From Spirochaetota bacterium (lineage in GTDB: Bacteria > Spirochaetota > Leptospiria > Turneriellales > CBDBES01), in the NCBI GenBank assembly GCA_965206985.1, contig CBDBLF010000011.1, positions 271,730 through 335,729 of the forward strand: a stretch of DNA of 64,000 nucleotides, given 5' to 3'. Positions within the stretch are counted from its first letter, which is position 1, and each line of letters starts with the position of its first letter. A program made the position numbers and the translations under genes. Below, in pieces: positions 27,704 to 37,751 of the stretch. The notes beneath the pieces were generated by a model, which saw only the letters and a program-made list of their open reading frames with translations, was not told the DNA's origin and searched no databases.

Positions 27704-29273
27704 ACTTTCTTATGAAATCGATCTTTCTGGGGATGCTTCTTCAGAGCTTAAAAACTGGAATGATAAACTAAGAGAAATGACTGGCACAACAAAAGAAAGT
27801 GCAAGGAATGTAAATAATCTTGAAAAAGAATTTTCAGAAATGTCTAAAAAAACAGGCTTAGCTTCTAAAGAAGTAACCAACTTGACTTCAAAACAAGGCA
27901 AGTTAAGAGGTTTGTCGAAAAGTCTTGGTGGCTTTTCTAATATCTTAAAAGGAGCTGGGCTTGTGGCTGTTGGTTCTCAGATTGGTAGTTTTTTTACATC
28001 GGCGGCTCAGTCAGCCAATAAGTTTGAGACAACAAAGGTTTCTTTTGAAACAATGCTTGGTTCTGCCGAAAAAGCAAAGTCAGTACTTGATGATTTAGAC
28101 AAGTTTTCTTTAAAAACACCCTTTACGCCAGAGCAGGTTCAAAGTTCGGCGAAGAGTTTAATTGGTTTGGGCTTAGAATCGGACAAAATAGAGGAGAGCT
28201 TAAAGAGCATCGGAGACATCTCTTCAGGAACAGGCAAAGATTTTAACGAGCTGTCTTCAATTTATGGTAAGGCCATGTCATCAGGGGTTGTTCAGGGAGA
28301 AGCGCTGAATCAACTCTCTGAGGCCGGTGTTCCTATTATCAAAGAGTTTGCCAAACAGTTTGGAGTGTCTGAGCAAGAAATTCGTAAAATGGCTTCTAAC
28401 GGCCAAATCCAGTTTAAGCATCTAGACAAAGCCTTTAAGTCAATGAGTTCAGAGGGCGGTCAATTTGCCAATATGATGAAAAAACAATCTGAAACTGGAG
28501 TTGGTCTTTTATCCACGGCCACTGGTTTTATTCAAGAGATGCAAAAACAGTTTGGCTCTGCCATTATGGACATGGTTAAACCAGTTTTAAAATCACTCAT
28601 GCCAGCCTTAAAGTCTATTGTAGAGTTTATGAAGTCAGAGAGAGGTATGGCTATTATGAAGATAATGTTACCTGCCATCGCTTTTCTAGTTGGCACAGTC
28701 ATGGTTGCGGCTGTATATCAATTGGCCGTTTCCTTTGGTATTCTCAATATTGCTATGTTACCGATCACACTTAAGCTGTTGGTCATTATGGCTCTAGGAA
28801 CTCTGCTATACGCTTTCATTGATGATTTTCTAACATTCCTTGATGGGGGTGACTCTGCACTCTCTGGGTTTTTTGAGCTTTTCACACCAATTGTCGACGC
28901 AATCAAAGATGTATGGAATTTCTTTTTTGGGAATGATGCTGAAACCACAGTAACGGTCAAAAAACAAGAAGAAGAATCAAAACTACAAAAAAGGGCATTG
29001 GGTGGCCCTGTTGAGCAAGGTGGTAGTTATTTAGTTGGTGAAGAAGGCCCAGAGCTTTTTATTCCAGAGTCTAGGGGAGAGATTAGCCCCAATTCAAAAA
29101 CCAGCCAAACGATAAATAATGCCAACAGAAACAGCTCGGTATCGATTCAGCCTATTATAAATATCTATGGCAATCAGGGTGGAGGTACAAATAATATAAG
29201 AGAGCAAGTCATAGATGCCTTTGTAAGAATATTACCAGAGGTACGTATGGCAGTTGGTTTGAAAGAGGCTTAA
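27687..29273 (+). CDS. Tape measure protein
   Basis: FETMLGSAEKA, KTPF, LKSIGD, GEALNQL.EAGVPI, RALGGPV..YLVGEEGPELF. Confidence 0.9.
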   Translation: MAVLGKLSYEIDLSGDASSELKNWNDKLREMTGTTKESARNVNNLEKEFSEMSKKTGLASKEVTNLTSKQGKLRGLSKSLGGFSNILKGAGLVAVGSQIGSFFTSAAQSANKFETTKVSFETMLGSAEKAKSVLDDLDKFSLKTPFTPEQVQSSAKSLIGLGLESDKIEESLKSIGDISSGTGKDFNELSSIYGKAMSSGVVQGEALNQLSEAGVPIIKEFAKQFGVSEQEIRKMASNGQIQFKHLDKAFKSMSSEGGQFANMMKKQSETGVGLLSTATGFIQEMQKQFGSAIMDMVKPVLKSLMPALKSIVEFMKSERGMAIMKIMLPAIAFLVGTVMVAAVYQLAVSFGILNIAMLPITLKLLVIMALGTLLYAFIDDFLTFLDGGDSALSGFFELFTPIVDAIKDVWNFFFGNDAETTVTVKKQEEESKLQKRALGGPVEQGGSYLVGEEGPELFIPESRGEISPNSKTSQTINNANRNSSVSIQPIINIYGNQGGGTNNIREQVIDAFVRILPEVRMAVGLKEA

Positions 29274-29285
29274 AGAAAATAAAAA

Positions 29286-30002
29286 ATGGCAACGCTTCAA
29301 GAATTAAAAACAACCGCTCAAAGAGCTGGAATCATTAAAACCACTGCATCTCTAAAAAGTACCATTAGCGATGAGGTGTTAAATCTAAAAACAATTCTAA
29401 CAGAAGACATATCTACTTCAAGCTCTCTAGCTACCCATGCGGTTGAAGGTGGAGAGAGTATATCCGATCATATTTCTTATGAACCAGAACAAATATCTAT
29501 ACAAACTATCTTTTCAGACACTCCTCTAATAGGTGCCTTGGTTGGTGCTGGGGGTGGGGTTGCTGGAGTAATTAGTGGTGCACAAAAACAAAGCCTTTTA
29601 GCTGGGGCTGTAGCAGGGGCATCCTTAGCAGCAACCAACCTACCAAGCGAAGAAGACAGTGTAAAATTTAAAGTAAGCTTGCTTCAAAAATTTCACGAAG
29701 AAGGTCATCTACTAAACTATTCGGGTCCTGTATTTTCTAATATCTTTTCTAAAGCATGGGATACTTTTTTAACAGATATGGTAATTACTTCACTTAATAT
29801 TTCTCGCTCGGTAGATACAGGCTCTGGGGCTTCTATATCTATCACACTACAAAAAATAAGAATCGCACAAGCAAAGTTTGTAGATGTTAATGTACCAAAA
29901 ATACGAAAAAAACCAAAACGAAAAAATGCACAAAAGAAAAAAGAGCAAGTCTCTGAAAATAAGAATCGCTCTTTACTTCAAAGGATTTTTAATTTTAATT
30001 AA
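29286..30002 (+). CDS. Baseplate hub/tube initiator
   Basis: THAVEGG..ISDH..EP; follows the tape measure. Confidence 0.7.
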   Translation: MATLQELKTTAQRAGIIKTTASLKSTISDEVLNLKTILTEDISTSSSLATHAVEGGESISDHISYEPEQISIQTIFSDTPLIGALVGAGGGVAGVISGAQKQSLLAGAVAGASLAATNLPSEEDSVKFKVSLLQKFHEEGHLLNYSGPVFSNIFSKAWDTFLTDMVITSLNISRSVDTGSGASISITLQKIRIAQAKFVDVNVPKIRKKPKRKNAQKKKEQVSENKNRSLLQRIFNFN

Positions 30003-30322
30003 TGGCGGAACTAACTAAAATAGAGCTTATTCATGATGACCTACCATTAGAACTCGTTTTAGAGTTAGGTGCAGAGAGCCAAGAATATCTGTTTTCTTTT
30101 TCTTACAATGAATCTGCAAAATTTTATACTCTTGTGATTAGAGATATATTAACTAACAATATTTTATACTCAACCGTTTTACGTTACCTAAGAGATATGT
30201 TAAACTTCTTTTATCAGGTAAAAGACAAACTAATTCCAGTTAATTTAGATGAGCTAGACTCAATAGAAGAAATCCGACTAAATGAAAACAACCTAAATCA
30301 AACGGGGGTTTATATCTTATGA
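30002..30322 (+). CDS. Baseplate plug-like protein
   Basis: Y.F.F.YN....YTL.I.D pattern; synteny. Confidence 0.6.
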   Translation: MAELTKIELIHDDLPLELVLELGAESQEYLFSFSYNESAKFYTLVIRDILTNNILYSTVLRYLRDMLNFFYQVKDKLIPVNLDELDSIEEIRLNENNLNQTGVYIL

Positions 30323-31107
30323 GAGATTTACCTTTATTTTATCGAACTTGTAGAGTGAACCTAAACGGTAGGGTTCTAACCTATCCAAAGCTTACTATTG
30401 AATTTGAAACCCGCTTTGCAACTCGTGGGGTTCAAACTGGGACTCTTAAAATATATAATCCTTCAGAAGAAACGATTGCAGCTTGTGAAAAGCAAAGAGG
30501 TAAATCCAATCCTTTTGTTTTTATTGAAGCGGGCTACAGAGAAGATTCAGGCACTTGTTTTATTGGAGAGATGCAAAATTTTGAGCATAAAAAAGATAAA
30601 GAAGAAACCATCGAAATTAAAATATCAGATACCACTCGGCTCTGGACGACGGCTCGTATCAACCAGTCTTTTACAGGGCCCATCAATGCCAGTCAGGTAA
30701 TTCAATCTGTTTTAAGCTCTCTTGATCTAAAAGCATCTATTCATTTAAAAATAGATAAAGAGTATGAAAACGGCATTTCTTTTTCTAATACATCTCTTCA
30801 AAAAGCAATGGGAATGTTATCTCGTGATACTGAGTCTGACTTTTTCTTTCGCTCAGGTCGGGCAACCTTCCTACCACAATATCAAGGAGTAGGTCGAGCG
30901 ATTGTTTTAGATAAAAATACGGGTCTGATCAAAGCCAACAAAACGGGTAAACATTCTTACAAAATACGTTCTTTATTTTTGTATTATATAGACGCAGGAA
31001 GCTGGGTGTCTTTGTATAATGATATTCTTTTAAGAGTCCACTCTGGTAAAAAAGTATTCTCTTCTTTTTCAGACAGCTATATCGAGTTTGATGCGGTGAG
31101 GGTATAA
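30319..31107 (+). CDS. Baseplate hub protein
   Basis: KIYNPSEET, IEAGYRED.G..F.G, LDKNTGLI. Confidence 0.75.
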   Translation: MRDLPLFYRTCRVNLNGRVLTYPKLTIEFETRFATRGVQTGTLKIYNPSEETIAACEKQRGKSNPFVFIEAGYREDSGTCFIGEMQNFEHKKDKEETIEIKISDTTRLWTTARINQSFTGPINASQVIQSVLSSLDLKASIHLKIDKEYENGISFSNTSLQKAMGMLSRDTESDFFFRSGRATFLPQYQGVGRAIVLDKNTGLIKANKTGKHSYKIRSLFLYYIDAGSWVSLYNDILLRVHSGKKVFSSFSDSYIEFDAVRV

Positions 31108-31115
31108 AAGAGAAA

Positions 31116-31715
31116 ATGACACAGGAATTAGCACAGCTTTTAGATGATTATTTTGAAGATAGAATTTCTCAAATAATGATTGGTTGTATCGGACAAATTG
31201 AAAGTTTTGACTCTTCTAAAATGACTGGTACAGTATCTCCTTTACTTAGAGACAATACTCAGAAAAACTTCTCCCCTGTACCTAATGTAAAAGCACTATA
31301 TCTCTATGTAAATGGTTTTTATATAAAACCAGACTATAAAAAAGAAGACCTTGTTTGGCTTAGTTTTTCTACCTTTGACATTGACCGCTCTTTAAGAGGA
31401 GAACGTTCTGATGTTACGGGTAAGATATTTTCTATCGAAAACTGTGTGATTGTTTCCAGTCTAAACCAAACCAACCAAGCTTTGCCCGATTCATTCCAAG
31501 AAGATGGGCTTTTAATGGGCAAAGGCAAGAACTACCTCCAAGTAAAAGAAGACTCCTTTGTATTTCGATTCGGTGATCAAAAAACGATTATAGACTCTAG
31601 TGGAATACAAACCGAAGGCGAGGTTACAGCCATGAGCAAAACAACTCCTGTTAAATTATCAATTCACAAACAAGCTGGTCCTGCTGGTCCACCAGTACCG
31701 GAGGCTCCAGTTTAA
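31116..31715 (+). CDS. Baseplate central spike (gp138/gpV-like)
   Basis: OB-fold-like N-terminus, DLVWLSF...DID, C-terminal beta repeats and SIHKQ. Confidence 0.75.
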   Translation: MTQELAQLLDDYFEDRISQIMIGCIGQIESFDSSKMTGTVSPLLRDNTQKNFSPVPNVKALYLYVNGFYIKPDYKKEDLVWLSFSTFDIDRSLRGERSDVTGKIFSIENCVIVSSLNQTNQALPDSFQEDGLLMGKGKNYLQVKEDSFVFRFGDQKTIIDSSGIQTEGEVTAMSKTTPVKLSIHKQAGPAGPPVPEAPV

Positions 31716-31716
31716 T

Positions 31717-31932
31717 ATGGTACTTATAAAAGCCACATTAGAAGAACAACTCAAAACAGCTTTCCAGAATGAAGACTGGGATAAGGCAGCGGGTGCTATT
31801 GCATCAAGTATTGACTCTTATATAAAATCAGCTACAGTTACTATCCCTGCTGGTATTCCCGTATCTACAACAGGAAGTCCAGCAGCACAAACAGGAGCTA
31901 GTACCGCACCAGCTATAGGGAGTATTTCATGA
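31717..31932 (+). CDS. Small spike-associated protein
   Basis: AIASSIDSYIKSATV.IPAGIPVST.G.PAAQTG. Confidence 0.55.
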   Translation: MVLIKATLEEQLKTAFQNEDWDKAAGAIASSIDSYIKSATVTIPAGIPVSTTGSPAAQTGASTAPAIGSIS

Positions 31933-32273
31933 AAGCCTTTGCATTAAAAGATAAAGACATAGTTTTAGAAAATAATCGTATAAAACTCATAGAAGGTGAG
32001 GACGCATTACGACAAAGAATTTTAAATAAAGTTTCGATGTTTAAAGGAGAATGGTTTCTACTACCTGATGAAGGTATTGATTGGTTGGGTATTTTGGGGA
32101 GAAAGTTTGTAAACGATAGAGAAATGCAAATTGAGCTTGAGTCTGTTTTAAGTTCTGATGCAGAAGTAAACACCATCAATTACATAGATATTGCTTTTGA
32201 TAACGAAGCCCGTGAAGTTATTATATCTTTTTCATTAAACACAATCTATGGAGAGGTGAATCTAGCCGTATGA
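31929..32273 (+). CDS. Baseplate wedge protein (gp46/gp25-like)
   Basis: KGEWFL.PDEGIDW, TIYG. Confidence 0.8.
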   Translation: MKAFALKDKDIVLENNRIKLIEGEDALRQRILNKVSMFKGEWFLLPDEGIDWLGILGRKFVNDREMQIELESVLSSDAEVNTINYIDIAFDNEAREVIISFSLNTIYGEVNLAV

Positions 32274-33430
32274 GTTTTGGCGTTACCCCACAAGGGTTCA
32301 TTCGTAAAGATTTCTCTATTGTTTTGGGGGAGATGCAAAGAGAAGCCAGAGAACGCTTTGGCGAGTCTATCGATATATCTATATATTCCCCACTCGGTAT
32401 TCTTTTGGAACTACAGTCTTTTGAGCTATCTAAACAATGGGAAGAGTTAGAAAAACTATACTATAACTCCTTCTTAGATACCGCCGAGGGCATACAGCTT
32501 GATAGAATTGTAGCCCTCGGTTCTTTAGCTCGCCAAGAGCCTTTGGCTTCTGAAGTAGAAATAGAGTTTCAAGGAGATGCTGAAACCATCGTCACTCAAG
32601 GGACACAAGTGTCGAATGAATCAGATAGTATTTATTTTGAAACTACTGAAGAAGTTAATATAACTCAAGTTGGTTCTATCCAGGTTCGTTCTGTTTGTAC
32701 GCAATTTGGCACTATTGGCAATGTATTAGAGAACACCTTAACAAAGCTTGTAAACCCTATCTCTGGAGTAGACTCTATAAATAATCCTCTACCTGCCTTA
32801 GGAGGACGAAACAGAGAAACAGATAACGAATTAATATCGAGGCACAAAAATACAGGTTATTCTTCTGGTAACTCTTTATCCGGCATTCGATCTGAGGTAG
32901 GTTTAGTGGAAGGAGTGAGGAGCGTAGTCGTCTATGCCAACGAAACAAATGTGACCAACCAAGACTTAATCCCACCTCGCTCCATTCATGCAATTGTCGA
33001 TGGAGGAGATAATCTTGATATTGCAAATGCTATCTACCAAACTAAAACTAGCACCGTAGAAACTTATGGAGATATATCTGTAACCATTAAAGACATCGCT
33101 GGTGAAGACCAGATTATTTCTTTCTCAAGACCTAGCTTTGTTGCTGTAGAGATTAAATACCTACTTTCCATCAATGAACGATACGAAGCGTCCATTCAAA
33201 ACATATTAAGAGACCAAGCTTTAGAATATATTGAAGGTGTTGTGCCTGGAGAACCACTCCAAAAATGGAAGCTCATCGCAGCCCAAGATACTTTAAGAGG
33301 TTTAGATAATGTAGTTGTAGAAATTACTCGGCTGGATACCAACCAAAAAATAACAGAAAACAAACTACAAGTCAGACGCTCTGAAAAAGTAACCACAACT
33401 TTAAATAATATATTAGTGGAGGTTGTATGA
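32270..33430 (+). CDS. Baseplate J-like protein
   Basis: GVTPQGF, TAEGIQLD, GGRNRETDNEL, NETN...PPRSI..IVDGG. Confidence 0.9.
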   Translation: MSFGVTPQGFIRKDFSIVLGEMQREARERFGESIDISIYSPLGILLELQSFELSKQWEELEKLYYNSFLDTAEGIQLDRIVALGSLARQEPLASEVEIEFQGDAETIVTQGTQVSNESDSIYFETTEEVNITQVGSIQVRSVCTQFGTIGNVLENTLTKLVNPISGVDSINNPLPALGGRNRETDNELISRHKNTGYSSGNSLSGIRSEVGLVEGVRSVVVYANETNVTNQDLIPPRSIHAIVDGGDNLDIANAIYQTKTSTVETYGDISVTIKDIAGEDQIISFSRPSFVAVEIKYLLSINERYEASIQNILRDQALEYIEGVVPGEPLQKWKLIAAQDTLRGLDNVVVEITRLDTNQKITENKLQVRRSEKVTTTLNNILVEVV

Positions 33431-33987
33431 GTATATCTTTGATTCCAGAGTCTCTCTACGTAAAAAATGAAGATTCTAATATAGCTAAAGTATACTCCTT
33501 GTTTGATGAACAAATGAAAGAAGTAAATCAAGCAACTCAAAGCTTATTTTTGCTCTTTGATATACAAAATCAAGAAGGCACACAGCTCGATAAAATTGGA
33601 GAAAACTTAAACACCACCAGACAAAACCTACCAGACGAGAGATACCGTTCTTTACTCCTCTTAGCTTTTTATATCAACAGTGGCAGAAATACCAAAGACG
33701 ATATTATCTCTATCTTACAGTATATCTTTGATGAAAAGTTTATTGAGTTAAGAGAGTTACATCCTGCCTCTAAGGATGAACCTTGGTTTAACAACGAATA
33801 CAAAAGATACTTAGATGGCTCTATTTATTTGGATGGAGAACTCTTCCTATCTGAAGATATATTGGAGCCTCTTTACTTTGAGGTGATTGTAAAAGACCTT
33901 ACTCCTGCTGAGGTAAGTCTAATTAACTTTATTATAAACCGCATCAAACCAGCAGGGGTAAAATACAGACTCAAGGAGGTAGCCTAA
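33427..33987 (+). CDS. Baseplate wedge protein (DUF2612/gpI-like)
   Basis: GTQLDKIGE...R....DERYR, IKPAGV. Confidence 0.75.
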   Translation: MSISLIPESLYVKNEDSNIAKVYSLFDEQMKEVNQATQSLFLLFDIQNQEGTQLDKIGENLNTTRQNLPDERYRSLLLLAFYINSGRNTKDDIISILQYIFDEKFIELRELHPASKDEPWFNNEYKRYLDGSIYLDGELFLSEDILEPLYFEVIVKDLTPAEVSLINFIINRIKPAGVKYRLKEVA

Positions 33988-35144
33988 TGCGAATACCAAC
34001 ATTTAGTAAAAGCAAAACAAGAGAATGGAAGTCTGGAAATACTCCCGATACAGGCACATTGGCTCGTGGGAGCTACTTTGAAGATGAGTTTAACCAAGTC
34101 TATGATAATGCAAAGTATTTATTCGATAAGCTTCAAAACAACTTCAAAGACCTAGTAGGTCAAGCTGGTATCATAGGCGGAGGGGAGGTAACCTACGACT
34201 CTGACGAGTCGATAATATCTGTAACTGCCCTAACTGGTTACGACAGCGAGGGTAATCGTATAGAGTCACAGGGCGAGTCAAGAGAGCTCTCTAATGGAAG
34301 CTACAAACTAGCCATCAGGCATAAACTAGAAGAAAAGCAAGAATCGGGAGTTACCTATATAGCTGACTCTTACGAACTAGTAGAGAGAACAGGCGAACTC
34401 GAAGATGGGGATGTCTATTTAGCAGATGTAGATGCTACCGACACCCAAAACATAGCCATTAAAGATAAGCGATACATCATAAAAAGCTATGTAAAAGACT
34501 CTCCTGATATTGAAGATAAACATAGTGAATTTCAACGAAACATTCCACCCTCACGAATCCCCATGCCATTTTTACCGGGTTATTTTAATACAGGAAACTA
34601 TTCTATACCTGCGAATGTTACTTTTACTTTAGACTGGCCAGGTACTAATACAGTAGCTAGTATCAACACCTATCTGAAGACACAAGGCTACGAAAACTGG
34701 AGAGTTTGTGATGGTACAGCGCCCAATGACCCAGACAGCCCTTATTTTAACACGCCGAACAAATATCTTCCTGATTTGACCGATAGACGGTTCATTATGG
34801 GTTTGAGCGAGAGTGGTGAAATTGGTGGGCAAAATATTTCTAAAATAAATAAGCATTTTCATCATTTTGTTCTGTCGACTGAGGAGGGAGGGACTCATAG
34901 TCACCATTATAGTGATGTTTATAGAACCGGAGCAACTGGTGCTGATGACCATGATGATCACCCCGGTGGCTATGGTGTGAAAGCGCTAAAAACCACTCTC
35001 AACAAAACTACAGAAAATAGTGGTTATCATGTCCATCGTGTGACAGGAACTATTGGTTCAGGCGGACAAAGCGGTGATCGAGATTACACAATGGAAAATC
35101 GACCTAAATATCTTGCATGTTTTTATATTATGAGAATTAAATAA
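33987..35144 (+). CDS. Tail fibre with collar and His-rich tip
   Basis: WRVCDG..LPDLTD.RFIMG; HFH, HSH, HVH motifs; ENRPKYLACFYIMRIK end. Confidence 0.8.
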   Translation: MRIPTFSKSKTREWKSGNTPDTGTLARGSYFEDEFNQVYDNAKYLFDKLQNNFKDLVGQAGIIGGGEVTYDSDESIISVTALTGYDSEGNRIESQGESRELSNGSYKLAIRHKLEEKQESGVTYIADSYELVERTGELEDGDVYLADVDATDTQNIAIKDKRYIIKSYVKDSPDIEDKHSEFQRNIPPSRIPMPFLPGYFNTGNYSIPANVTFTLDWPGTNTVASINTYLKTQGYENWRVCDGTAPNDPDSPYFNTPNKYLPDLTDRRFIMGLSESGEIGGQNISKINKHFHHFVLSTEEGGTHSHHYSDVYRTGATGADDHDDHPGGYGVKALKTTLNKTTENSGYHVHRVTGTIGSGGQSGDRDYTMENRPKYLACFYIMRIK

Positions 35145-35167
35145 AAAGCCTATAGGAGGAACAGATT

Positions 35168-35605
35168 ATGTCATACACGAAAACACTTACAGGAGGCAAA
35201 AAAGAGATATATCGAATTAGATCGATACAAATCTCTTTAGCGGATAAACAAGTTCAAGGGGAGATCGACCATATTGACTATGATGATTCACAAAATCCTA
35301 GAGTAACCAGAATGACATTCAACATTCGAAACGATAATAATCAAATTATTGACCCTAGCTGGAGTGCACAAAGCACACCACCCAAACCAGAGAGCTTCGT
35401 CTATAGTAATCCCGACACATGGGATGACTTGACTGTTGATCAAGTCCCCTTTGTATCTGACCCGACTAAACAATATTTTGATAAGCTCATTGCAAAATCA
35501 GGAAGTACGGGAGCCACCATCTACGCAAAAATCAAAAATACGCTTTATGAGATACTAAAAGAAATGGGGAAAATCCCCGATGGTTCTGGCTGGACTGTGT
35601 CATGA
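35168..35605 (+). CDS. Hypothetical protein, possible fibre chaperone
   Basis: AGGAGG RBS; follows the fibre gene. Confidence 0.6.
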   Translation: MSYTKTLTGGKKEIYRIRSIQISLADKQVQGEIDHIDYDDSQNPRVTRMTFNIRNDNNQIIDPSWSAQSTPPKPESFVYSNPDTWDDLTVDQVPFVSDPTKQYFDKLIAKSGSTGATIYAKIKNTLYEILKEMGKIPDGSGWTVS

Positions 35606-35841
35606 CTTATTCTGTAAAATACAAAAAGGCAGGATCCTTATTTTGGAAAAAACTAAGAAAAGTCAAAGGTGATGGTATCATACCTGATGTCCGTTATCGC
35701 TATTTTACCTTGAGCGATGAAACAGTAATCGAGATTCCGATGAAAGATCATATTTTCGTTTTTGATTATTATCGATTTTTAAATATTAAACAGTCTATGG
35801 AACTAGAAGCAGGTCAAAATATACCAATCAAAAGTAGTTGA
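35602..35841 (+). CDS. Phage hypothetical protein (last prophage gene)
   Basis: ATGA-coupled to the upstream gene. Confidence 0.6.
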   Translation: MTYSVKYKKAGSLFWKKLRKVKGDGIIPDVRYRYFTLSDETVIEIPMKDHIFVFDYYRFLNIKQSMELEAGQNIPIKSS

Positions 35842-36009
35842 AGATAACATGCAGGTCGCCCAAATGTCTATACCAGTCGCATCTTACGCAGAATTTTTAT
35901 CGCAAAACCTCTGATCAATTCATTTGGACTATAAAATCAACACCATTTAGCCCAACTTGGATGACCTAATCAAGACTTAACTGCACATAGCACTTTCTAG
36001 TAAAGTTCA

Positions 36010-36478
36010 TCTAATTGAATTTCATTGAAAGACAGGTTTTTGTATATATTTTTTTTCAACTTTTAGTGAATCTTCACCTGCTGCTTTAACCCAAGCAAGA
36101 ACTGTATCCTTGCTGATACCAAAGACTCTTCCGGTAGCTCTAATGCCACAGCCCTCAACTGTGTTTTGTAATACCCGAGTAATGGTTTCTTTGCTTTTCT
36201 TGCGACGAAAAAAAATAGTGCCTTTATTCTCTGAAAAGCATCTACCACAAGCGGTGCACTTTAAATAGGCTATTTGTTTGTACTTACCAGACATATAAGC
36301 AAAGCGCACATTTCCTTCATTTACCTTATGATACTTATGGCAGTCTGTATTTTGACAGCTAAAACCACTTGTATCAAAGGTATATTTTCTTTTGTTCATA
36401 ATGAGACATAACCTTAATTTAAGAGAGATAAGTCAATTCCTTTTTTAATTGGAAACTTTGATTAAATATGACACGACC
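36010..36478 (-). mobile_element. Truncated IS1-family copy (insA at 36022-36399 and one TIR only)
   Basis: Matches the insA end of the other copies; homology stops near 36010. Confidence 0.9.
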
Positions 36479-36487
36479 CAAAGTCAA

Positions 36488-37684
36488 GGTCGTGTCATAT
36501 TTAATCAAAGTTTCTATTTGCGATGAATAATTCTTGTATAGACCACTTATGATTCGTCATTTCTGTAGCCATTGCTGGGGTGATTTGAATTGGTTTTCCT
36601 CCCTCATACTCAGCTAGACTTGAATGTGGAAGGCAGAAATTGTAATAATTAGCAACAAAAGAATTATGCCCCTGCATATATTTGAATTTTTTTGAAAAAC
36701 CCTGACTTTTACGCTCTATTCTATGATTGTGTTGGCGAAGAGTCAAATTATTCCTTTCTACAGCAAAGGTGTTCATCTGATGACTTACTGAAGAGTTTGC
36801 AATATATTCATCTAGTAGCTTTTGATCACCAAAGATTAGAGATTTGTCAACTTCCTTACATCTCCCTTTTTCTATTCTCTTAATTATTTGCCCATAACAT
36901 AGAGATTTGGGTGATTGAAGCTTTCTAGTCATTGAGTCAAATTTACCATAAACTGAAAGAATGGCATCACTATATCCCTCATATCCATCAGAGGTAATCA
37001 AGAATTTATCTTCCCTCTTTGGCTTACTTCTTGTTTTTACCTTGGTCAGTAACTTTCTAGCATTCACTGAGGTCCTCTTGCCTGTTATATGCGCTAAAAT
37101 GAGCTTTTCTACAGGCAATACTGCAGTAAAAGTCCAGATATCCCCTATTTCATCACTTAATCGCTCAGTCTCTGATAGATTGTATTGTTTTTTAAAGACA
37201 AAACCCCAATGCTCGTCTAATTGAATTTCATTGAAAGACAGGTTTTTGTATATATTTTTTTTCAACTTTTAGTGAATCTTCACCTGCTGCTTTAACCCAA
37301 GCAAGAACTGTATCCTTGCTGATACCAAAGACTCTTCCGGTAGCTCTAATGCCACAGCCCTCAACTGTGTTTTGTAATACCCGAGTAATGGTTTCTTTGC
37401 TTTTCTTGCGACGAAAAAAAATAGTGCCTTTATTCTCTGAAAAGCATCTACCACAAGCGGTGCACTTTAAATAGGCTATTTGTTTGTACTTACCAGACAT
37501 ATAAGCAAAGCGCACATTTCCTTCATTTACCTTATGATACTTATGGCAGTCTGTATTTTGACAGCTAAAACCACTTGTATCAAAGGTATATTTTCTTTTG
37601 TTCATAATGAGACATAACCTTAATTTAAGAGAGATAAGTCAATTCCTTTTTTAATTGGAAACTTTGATTAAATATGACACGACC
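36488..37684 (-). mobile_element. IS1-family element, intact copy (1197 bp)
   Basis: Same TIRs; 9-bp TSD CAAAGTCAA; insA 37228-37605 and open insB 36501-37265. Confidence 0.92.
36501..37605 (-). CDS. IS1-family transposase InsAB (via -1 frameshift at A8)
   Basis: Zn-finger/HTH ORF overlapping a DDE ORF in the -1 frame at GAAAAAAAAT. Confidence 0.85.
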
Positions 37685-37751
37685 CAAAGTCAATCCCTAA
37701 TAAATCTTGACAAATACTAGATACCAAATAGAGTGGTCGATGGGTTGAGTA

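Larger units (their letters stand above)
3823..35942. mobile_element. Mu-like transposable prophage with contractile tail (ends approximate)
   Basis: DDE transposase, AAA ATPase, Gam and GemA, central repressor, complete-looking head, tail and baseplate modules. TCGC/GCGA-rich motifs near both ends. No exact TG...CA end with target duplication resolved. Confidence 0.9.

Noticed and set aside
25656..35144. Stand-alone tailocin or contractile injection system
   Set aside because: Full head, packaging and transposition modules are present
33987..35942. Diversity-generating retroelement or invertible fibre segment
   Set aside because: No reverse transcriptase, template repeat, invertase or second fibre end found
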